The notes under the pieces were generated by a model, which was given only the letters and a program-made list of their open reading frames with translations, was not told the origin of the DNA and made no database searches. Made by a program: the position numbers and the translations under genes. From Anaerolineae bacterium (GTDB lineage Bacteria; Chloroflexota; Anaerolineae; E26-bin7): a stretch of DNA of 59,535 nt. The stretch's first letter is position 1. Each line of letters begins with the position of its first letter. The stretch lies in the NCBI GenBank assembly GCA_041862415.1, contig JBGVTF010000292.1, forward strand, positions 1 to 59,535, written 5' to 3'. Of the stretch, positions 1 through 6,538 are shown piece by piece.

Positions 1-807
1 GGTTGGGGAGGCGGCGGGCGCGGCGGCCGGAGTAGCGGCCGCGGCCACAGCAGCCGACGGTTCGACCATCAGTTGCAGGTCATCCACCCAGACCGAACCA
101 CTCTGCCCGCCGCTCACATAAAAGTTCAGCGCGACAATGTGCGCCGGATCAAGGATGTCAACGCCGCCTCCGCCTATCCACTCGGGTTTGGCCAGGTCGT
201 CCCAGGCCAGCGTGACCGGCGTCCACTCCTCACCGGGCGTTGGCAGCTCAACGTTGAAGGGCGTTACACCCCCGGCATCCGCACTGGTCTGCGTGGGGTC
301 TTCCATAGCCACGCCTACGCTCACCGCCAGGCCCGACTGGTCGGACCGCCAGGAGAAGCTCAGGCCCCTGGTGTCCTGCCACTGACCGGGGTCAATGCTT
401 ATGCCACAACCAGCGTAGCCATCTGCGCCGACCTCAAAGCTCAACTGCATGGCCTGGGCGCTGTCGTGACCGGGTTGGCCCGACGCGCAGGTGAAGGATG
501 TGGTTCCCTCGCCGATATCGGACCACCAGCGGGCCTCGAAATCGCCGCCTTCAAAGTCGTCAATGACCGGGCCTGCAGCCAGCGCGGGCAGACTGCTCGG
601 TGCGGGGGCATCTGGCTGGCTGGGTGCCTCCGGTGGCTGTGCAGGTGCCTCCGGTGGCTGTGTGGGTGCTGCAGACACGGGCGTGGGCGTAACTACGATG
701 ACCTCCGGCGTAGGCTGAGCCCGGCCAAGCTGGCAGGCCAACAGGCTGGCCAGCAGAAGCAGGACAACGGCTATGACGATGCCGCTTTGTAATCTTGACT
801 TTTTCAT
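1..807 (-). CDS. Lipoprotein with Pro-rich linker and CBM11/CIA30-like carbohydrate-binding domain (runs off the window's left edge)
   Basis: Not in the ORF track; translated by hand from ATG at 807 (RBS AGGAG upstream): MKKSRLQSGIVIAVVLLLLASLLAC (lipobox), QPPEAP repeats, then VIDDFEGG...W...GLSFSWRS...EWTPVTLAWDDL...GSVWVDDLQL, typical of the galactose-binding/CBM11 fold. Confidence 0.75.
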   Translation of the reverse strand, partial: MKKSRLQSGIVIAVVLLLLASLLACQLGRAQPTPEVIVVTPTPVSAAPTQPPEAPAQPPEAPSQPDAPAPSSLPALAAGPVIDDFEGGDFEARWWSDIGEGTTSFTCASGQPGHDSAQAMQLSFEVGADGYAGCGISIDPGQWQDTRGLSFSWRSDQSGLAVSVGVAMEDPTQTSADAGGVTPFNVELPTPGEEWTPVTLAWDDLAKPEWIGGGGVDILDPAHIVALNFYVSGGQSGSVWVDDLQLMVEPSAAVAAAATPAAAPAASPT

Positions 808-1061
808 TGTAGTATTATCTCCTTTTCCTCTTACGCCGCGCTTTGAGCAAGGGAGCATGCGGGGGCTGTGCGAGCATCGCAGCTTCAAAGCTCCCGCGAG
901 TTGCAGCCTACCGCACCTGGTGATGCGCCAACTGGCCAAGACCACCAGGGCGCGGAGAACAAGCCGTATCATTGCAAGCAGTCTCATGGCCATGAGAGGC
1001 TGAGTGCGGTTCGGGACTCGCTTCCAATTCGCGTCCAGAACGTATTCAAAAAGAAGCTTTT

Positions 1062-3962
1062 CTAGCGATGGAGGCCCATTATCCAGACCCTTAGCTCGAT
1101 ATTGCGGTCCAGGATCGTGCGCTCGCCCCCGCCTCCAGGGACGGGGATCTCATCCGCCGATAGGGTGTAATCGGCCTCAAAAAGCGTGTCGGATGGGTTA
1201 CTGGTATCCGCGTCCCAGATGGACCCCCCGAAAGTCAGATCGTCATCGGGACCCAGCTCAACGTCGATATAGTTATCCGCAGGAGCGTGGTAGCCCGGGC
1301 AATCCCCCATACATCCAATCATCCAATCCCCAATCCGGTCAAAGATGTCCTGGATCGAGTACTCCCGACCGTGGTCCAGCCGATAGCCCCTTATACGCTC
1401 CCCCCACCAATTGGGGTAATCGACACCATTGAACTCGAGCCGTTCCTCCCCCAACTCAATCCGTCCATACCGCATGCCAGAGACCCGAAAGTGACCGAAA
1501 ATGGGCCCCACGTTGTCAGCCCACCACTCGTCGTCACCTAGGTGGCCAGTCTGCAAGCTCAGGAAGTGGACGCGCACGGTGCGCGGGCACTCCTCGCCTT
1601 CCCAAACCCAGGTGTTGCTGGGAGGCGATTCTCGGCCGTAACCATAGGCCGTTACATGGAACTCGCATCTCCCGCTACAGTCAGGCTCAAGAGAATTGAT
1701 GGAAATATAGGGCTCGTCCGGTGGAGTGCGGAATATCGGGCCCGGGGCACCGCCGCACTGCGAATACACCCTGAATTCCTCTATACTCGCCGGGTCCCCC
1801 TCCCATTGCCATACTAGCCCTATACTCCCCCCTATAACAGCATGTGTGATAATCGGTTGCGGAAGCTCCAAGTCCCAGGGTGCCTCCTCCCCGGGTCGTA
1901 GGCATAAGGGGCGACAGATGCGATACGTGACCTCGAACCAGTGTTCCACGAATGGCCCACTGGACCGCCTGTGGATCTCATCGCTATTCCAGTCCTCTTC
2001 AGGGTGCTCCTCGTGCAATTCGCCCAGGCTGAATGGAGGATCCTCTCCGATGTAAGCCCAGCACTCCATATCCACTGTCAGGGGCGGCCAATCGGTATCC
2101 CACACGAGGACCCGGCGGTTCTCCCCGTCCTCGAACTCAAAGTGCCACTCCCTTTCGCCGGCAGGATCGAAATAGTCGGGCTCAGGAGGAACCCTTGTTT
2201 GGGGCTCAGGGCCCAGAGACACATAGCAGTAGACCCCGTCATAGTCCCTGTTCACAGCGAAGCTCAAGGCCTCGACCTCGATGGTTGTGAGGATGGTTGG
2301 TATGGGCTCAGGCTGCGGCAAAAACGGCCAAAGAGGTGCTAAGCCGAACAGACGCAAAGGGCCTGCCGGCAATTCCTCGTCGTCGGCAATGTCATCGCCA
2401 TCGGCGTCCTCCCCCTCCCCAGGGGCCGGACAGCCTATGTGCTCAGGAGGACCGAACTCATCAGGGCAGAGGTCTACGTCGTCGGCGAGGCCGTCGCGGT
2501 CCCTGTCTCCAACTCCGGTGTCAGGACAGCCGCTGGGCCCGGCGCCGGGGACGTCGGGGCAGGCGTCATCCCTATCGCGAACCCCGTCGCGGTCCCGGTC
2601 GGGACAGCCAGCGTGCTCGGGCAGGCCCGGCTCGTCCAGACAGGCATCATCCACATCGCGAACCCCGTCGCCATCGTCGTCGGGGCAGCCAGCGTGCTCG
2701 GGCAAGCCCCACTCTTCAAGGCACGCGTCCTCAGTAGCGGGGATGCCGTCGCCGTCCAAGTCCCCAGATGTCGGACAGCCATCACGCTCGGGCCAGCCCG
2801 ATTCAGTAGGGCAGGCGTCCTCGGCATCGGCTATTCCATCTCCATCGGCGTCCGGGCAACCAGCGGCCCGCGGTGAGCCGGGTTCATCGGGGCAGGCGTC
2901 GGCGTAGTCAAGTAGACCATCCCCATCCCGGTTCCCTTCTCCAGGCGCCGGACAGCCCCCACCCTCAGGCAAGCCCGCCTCGTCGGGGCAGGCGTCTTCG
3001 GCGTCAGAAATGCCGTCACGGTCCTGATCAGGGCAGCCATCGGCAGCCGCCGACCCCGGCTCATCTGGACAGGCGTCAGCCTCATCGGCCACCCCATCGT
3101 CATCTCGATCTGCTAGTTCGATGGCCTCTACATTGATCGAGGCGTGGCCACGGCCGCCTCGGGCGTTGAAGGCCCTGGCGATCAGGGTGTGAGTTCCGGG
3201 GGAGGGGGGCTGCCAGCGAGCCAGCAGCGGGAAGGGAGAGGTGCCCCCAGGCAGATTGCTGGCCTGGGTCTCTTGCAACTGACCATCTACCCACAGCTCG
3301 ACACGGACCACCTTGCCTTCGTCACGGGCAATGGAGTGAACAGTCACTTCCTGTCCCACCTCCACCTGTTCCCCGTGGCGGGGCGAGCGGATCAACACCA
3401 ACGGTCTTGCCTCCGGCCTTGGCCACAGGAAGAAGTAGCCCAAGGCGGCCGCCACAGCCAGGACGAAGCACAGCCCCAGCAGAGCGGTCAATGGGATCAG
3501 AAACCTCCCTCGCCTTCTCGCCGGAGGCCTAGGGGCGTATGCCGGCGGAGGCAGGGCAGGGGGAGGCGGTGCAGCAGGGCGCGGCCCTTCGACAGGCTCA
3601 GGGCGTGGCGGGGCGTAGGCGGGGGCCACCGGCAGGGCCTGGAAGCCGAGGAGCACCGTCGGGCCCAGACCGATGGCGTCGCCTGGTTGCAGCACCTGGG
3701 GGGCGGTGAGGCGCACCCCGTTGACGAAAGTGCCGTTGGCGCTGCCCAGGTCCTGGATGATGAACTGGCGCCCGTCCCAGGTCAGGCTGGCGTGGCGGCG
3801 GGAGATCTGGGGGTCGCTGACCACCACGTCGTTGCCCACCTCGCGACCGATGATGATGGTGGGCCTGGTCAGAGAGAAGCGTTGGCCAGGCTGGGGGCCC
3901 TGGCGCACGATCAACTCAACCGACGGTGGTTGAGAGCCTGTTGAAGGATATGTTCTGGCCAT
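1062..3962 (-). CDS. FHA - Pro-rich - TM - Ig-like - thrombospondin type-3 (Ca-binding) repeats - FN3-like surface protein (copy B)
   Basis: FHA motifs IGR..SRRHA..DLGSANGTFVNG; TM LTALLGLCFVLAVAAALGYFFLW; Ig-like VRVELWVDG..GTHTLIARAFN; 8 full plus 1 partial DxDxDGxxDxxDxCP repeats; ESPPSN FN3 end. Start moved to 3962 (GGAGG RBS, matches the paralog start MAR). Confidence 0.85.
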   Translation of the reverse strand: MARTYPSTGSQPPSVELIVRQGPQPGQRFSLTRPTIIIGREVGNDVVVSDPQISRRHASLTWDGRQFIIQDLGSANGTFVNGVRLTAPQVLQPGDAIGLGPTVLLGFQALPVAPAYAPPRPEPVEGPRPAAPPPPALPPPAYAPRPPARRRGRFLIPLTALLGLCFVLAVAAALGYFFLWPRPEARPLVLIRSPRHGEQVEVGQEVTVHSIARDEGKVVRVELWVDGQLQETQASNLPGGTSPFPLLARWQPPSPGTHTLIARAFNARGGRGHASINVEAIELADRDDDGVADEADACPDEPGSAAADGCPDQDRDGISDAEDACPDEAGLPEGGGCPAPGEGNRDGDGLLDYADACPDEPGSPRAAGCPDADGDGIADAEDACPTESGWPERDGCPTSGDLDGDGIPATEDACLEEWGLPEHAGCPDDDGDGVRDVDDACLDEPGLPEHAGCPDRDRDGVRDRDDACPDVPGAGPSGCPDTGVGDRDRDGLADDVDLCPDEFGPPEHIGCPAPGEGEDADGDDIADDEELPAGPLRLFGLAPLWPFLPQPEPIPTILTTIEVEALSFAVNRDYDGVYCYVSLGPEPQTRVPPEPDYFDPAGEREWHFEFEDGENRRVLVWDTDWPPLTVDMECWAYIGEDPPFSLGELHEEHPEEDWNSDEIHRRSSGPFVEHWFEVTYRICRPLCLRPGEEAPWDLELPQPIITHAVIGGSIGLVWQWEGDPASIEEFRVYSQCGGAPGPIFRTPPDEPYISINSLEPDCSGRCEFHVTAYGYGRESPPSNTWVWEGEECPRTVRVHFLSLQTGHLGDDEWWADNVGPIFGHFRVSGMRYGRIELGEERLEFNGVDYPNWWGERIRGYRLDHGREYSIQDIFDRIGDWMIGCMGDCPGYHAPADNYIDVELGPDDDLTFGGSIWDADTSNPSDTLFEADYTLSADEIPVPGGGGERTILDRNIELRVWIMGLHR

Positions 3963-3987
3963 TATTCGAACCTCCCAACTTTTCCCC

Positions 3988-5148
3988 CTAAGGGAGCCGT
4001 ATCGAGAAGTGGGACCACGAAGACCAATTGCTGTAGTTGCCGGCGCCATCCTGAGCGCGCACTATCCAGCGGTAGTAGAGGCCACACTGCACGCTGGCAT
4101 CAACCTGCTTGCCGCTCACCGGCCCCCACCCGCCAACCGACTGCCAGTTGCCCGGAGTCACCTGCCGCTCCAGCTTGACGTAGTAGCCGGAGATACCGCT
4201 GTCGTCACTGACCGGCATCCAGGCCAGGGTCTGTGAAGATTTGCAGTCAATCTCCAACCCATTGGCCGGTACGGCCGGCGATGGGGCTGGCGGTGGCGTG
4301 GTATCCTGGGGCGGTGGCGGCTCTGCACACTGCCCGGAGACGCGGATGGTCACGGACAGATTTTGCTCCGAGCCATCCCTTCTTATCAGGCGCAAGGTAT
4401 GGGTCTCATCCTGGCAGGGGCAGCTCTGGAAACTGCCGTCGTCGCCCGCTCCGGGCTGCCCATTCACCCAATAGGCTTGGACATTTGACACGTGCCAGTG
4501 GACGGTGGTGCATGATCCCGCTTGGACGCTCTCGTCGTCGACCCAAAGCCGCCAGTCTGCTGGCGGTGGCGGCGGTGGAGTAGTGGGAGTAGGGGTGAAG
4601 GTGGGCGTAGGTGGCTCGGATGTGAAGGTCGGCGTGGGGGTGAAAGTAGGCGTGGGTGGCTCGGGCGTGCCGGTTGGCGTGGGGGTGAACGTTGGCGTGA
4701 TGGGGGACGGAGTCTCAGGGGTGGAAGTCGGCGTGGGCGTGTCGGTCGGTCCCCGCGCAACCTCACCCACCACTCTGATGCTGACCATGGCCGGGTTGCT
4801 GGTCTCCCCGGCGGCGTCGTAGGTCACGACCTGCAAGGTGTAGATGCCCTCCTCCTGTGGGAGCCATTCTTGTGTGACCTCGCTGAAGGAAGCCCCCGGC
4901 TGCGCCGGAGGATCGCGTCGGTATGCCTCGCCATTCACCGAGAGCAACACCTCGGCTACGCCCTCCCGAGCGTAGGCATGGGAGATCACGGCCACGGGGG
5001 TTCTCACAGGCACAGTGAACCCTTCCCGGGGGAAATCAATCCAGGCCCGGGGTCGGGGCTCTACCTCCCCGCAGGAGAGCGTCCCTCCCATCAAAGCGAA
5101 GAGGGTTAGGGTAAGGACTAACTTCCATAACAGTAGCCGTGTGTTCAT
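3988..5148 (-). CDS. Lipoprotein with Ig-like domain, PT linker and C-terminal FN3-like domain (copy B)
   Basis: Signal peptide with lipobox TLSC; Ig-like VAEVLLSVNG..GIYTLQV; TPT repeats; YYRWIVRAQDGAGNYSNWS; AGGAGG RBS. Confidence 0.85.
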   Translation of the reverse strand: MNTRLLLWKLVLTLTLFALMGGTLSCGEVEPRPRAWIDFPREGFTVPVRTPVAVISHAYAREGVAEVLLSVNGEAYRRDPPAQPGASFSEVTQEWLPQEEGIYTLQVVTYDAAGETSNPAMVSIRVVGEVARGPTDTPTPTSTPETPSPITPTFTPTPTGTPEPPTPTFTPTPTFTSEPPTPTFTPTPTTPPPPPPADWRLWVDDESVQAGSCTTVHWHVSNVQAYWVNGQPGAGDDGSFQSCPCQDETHTLRLIRRDGSEQNLSVTIRVSGQCAEPPPPQDTTPPPAPSPAVPANGLEIDCKSSQTLAWMPVSDDSGISGYYVKLERQVTPGNWQSVGGWGPVSGKQVDASVQCGLYYRWIVRAQDGAGNYSNWSSWSHFSIRLP

Positions 5149-5184
5149 TCTTAACCTCCTGGATAGAAGGATGTACCTTCTTCA

Positions 5185-5241
5185 CCAATGACAAAAGCCG
5201 CCCCCGAATTAATCAGGAGGCGGCTTTGTAGGCATCATTGG
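5185..5241 (-). terminator. Intrinsic terminator/attenuator hairpin in the lipoprotein leader (copy B)
   Basis: Minus strand AAAGCCGCCTCC-TGATTAATTC-GGGGGCGGCTTTT, extendable by CCAATGA/TCATTGG; lies between the promoter and the start codon. Confidence 0.7.
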
Positions 5242-5311
5242 CACGGACCCCGCTCCGGAGAGCTCAGGAATCAGGGATACCAGGCATTCAGACTGGGCAA
5301 CTCTGCGCCAA
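5238..5311 (-). ncRNA. Candidate cis-regulatory RNA (riboswitch-like leader), copy B
   Basis: P1 TTGGCGC/GTGCCAA closes a CAGAGT..AGTCTG hairpin and a GGtATCCC..GCTC-TCCG-GAGC..GGGGTCC arm; near-identical copy at 11306-11379. Confidence 0.5.
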
Positions 5312-5338
5312 TCTCTTTTTTATTGCGTGGATATGGTT

Positions 5339-5367
5339 ATTATATCATACTCTAGCGTCTTTGGCAA
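5339..5367 (-). promoter_or_regulatory. sigma70-type promoter
   Basis: TTGCCA-17 bp-TATAAT with an extended -10 TG. Confidence 0.75.
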
Positions 5368-5396
5368 GCGGGCTGCCCTCTGCCCCAACACTCAAA

Positions 5397-6253
5397 CTAG
5401 GTCAGGGCACGGGCAATGCGGGCGGCGACGCGGGCGTTGTTGACCAGCAGGGCCACGTTGGCTCGCTGGCTGCGGCCAGCGGTCAGCTCGACGACCCGGG
5501 CCAGGACGAAGGGGGTGAGAGCCTTGCCAGCGATGCCGGCTGCCTCCGCCTGTCGGATGGCCTCCTCCACCCACAGCTCGACGCGGACCACCTTTCCCTC
5601 GTCGCGGGCCATGGAATGAACAGTCACCTCGTGCCCCACCTCCACCTGATCCCCATGGTGGGGCGAGCGGATCAACACCATCGGCCTCGCCTCTGGCCTT
5701 GGCCACAGAAAATAGGTGCCCAATGCGGCCGCCACAGCCAAGAGGCCGCACAGCCCCAGCAGAGCCATCAGTGGGACCACGACCCTTCCCTTCGACAAGC
5801 TCAGGACTCCGCTTCGCCTTTTCGCCGGAGGGCTGGGAGCGGGGGCCGGCGGTTCGACTTTTCGACGGGGCTCAGGGCGGGCGGGGCTGACCACAGGCGG
5901 TTCGACGGGGCTCACCACAGGCGGCGCGGCCTGGAAGCCGAGGAGCACCGTCGAGCCCAGACCGATAACGTCGCCATCTTGCAGCACCTGGGGGCAGTGA
6001 GGCGCTCCCCGTTGACAAAGGTGCCGTTGGCGCTGCCCAGATCCTGGATGATGAACTGGCGCCCGTCCCAGGCCAGGCTGGCGTGGCGGCGGGAGACCTG
6101 GGGGTCGCTGATTACAACGTCGTTGCCCGCTTCGCGACCGATGATGATAGTGGGCTTGTTCGAAGAGAAGCGCTGGCCGGGCTGGGGGCCCTGGCGCACG
6201 GTCAATTCAACTGATGGCGGTTGAGAGCCTGTTGAATGATATGTTCTTGCCAT
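5397..6253 (-). pseudogene. Frameshifted third FHA-TM-Ig gene, truncated and fused in frame to a duplicated psuG 3' end
   Basis: ORFs 5912-6253 (FHA) and 5397-5987 (TM, partial Ig) are separated by G5 instead of G6 at 5990-5994. After VRVELWV the sequence switches at ~5567 to EEAIRQA..ARIARAL, nearly identical to the psuG C-terminus. Confidence 0.85.
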
Positions 6254-6282
6254 GGTGAGAACCTCCTATTTTCGCCTTGGTC

Positions 6283-6476
6283 GCAACTACTTAGCCAAGC
6301 CTCCCGCAGGTTGGCAAAGAGGACAATTCTGTGCCCGGAAGCTTAGACAAGCCAGCTATTCCAGTCATAAGCCGGCTAAACCTGCGGGAGGCTGTTTATC
6401 AAGAAACGAGGAGGAGTGACAATGGAAGTAATTCCAGTCATAAGCCGGCTAAACCTGCGGGAGGCTGAGCAGTTAC
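6283..6476. repeat. MITE/REP-like element containing a 37-bp direct repeat
   Basis: Imperfect terminal inverted repeats GCAACTACTTAGC / GCTGAGCAGTTAC; perfect 37-mer at 6358-6394 and 6431-6467; inverted 15-mer at 6298-6312. Confidence 0.6.
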
Positions 6477-6538
6477 TCTTGCTCGCAGACATGGCAGCCT
6501 TCGTGGCACAGGGTCACTCAGACCTCCCGGTAGTTTTC

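Noticed and set aside
73-792. 239-aa plus-strand ORF and the many other antisense ORFs over GC-rich genes
   Set aside because: Shadows of well-supported opposite-strand genes; no motifs or RBS.
3963-4049. N-terminal extension of the 995-aa ORF
   Set aside because: Overlaps the lipoprotein gene; RBS and paralogs place the start at 3962.
6358-6467. CRISPR array
   Set aside because: Only two repeats, no cas genes or leader, no typical repeat terminus, and enclosed by MITE-like inverted repeats; kept only as a repeat finding.
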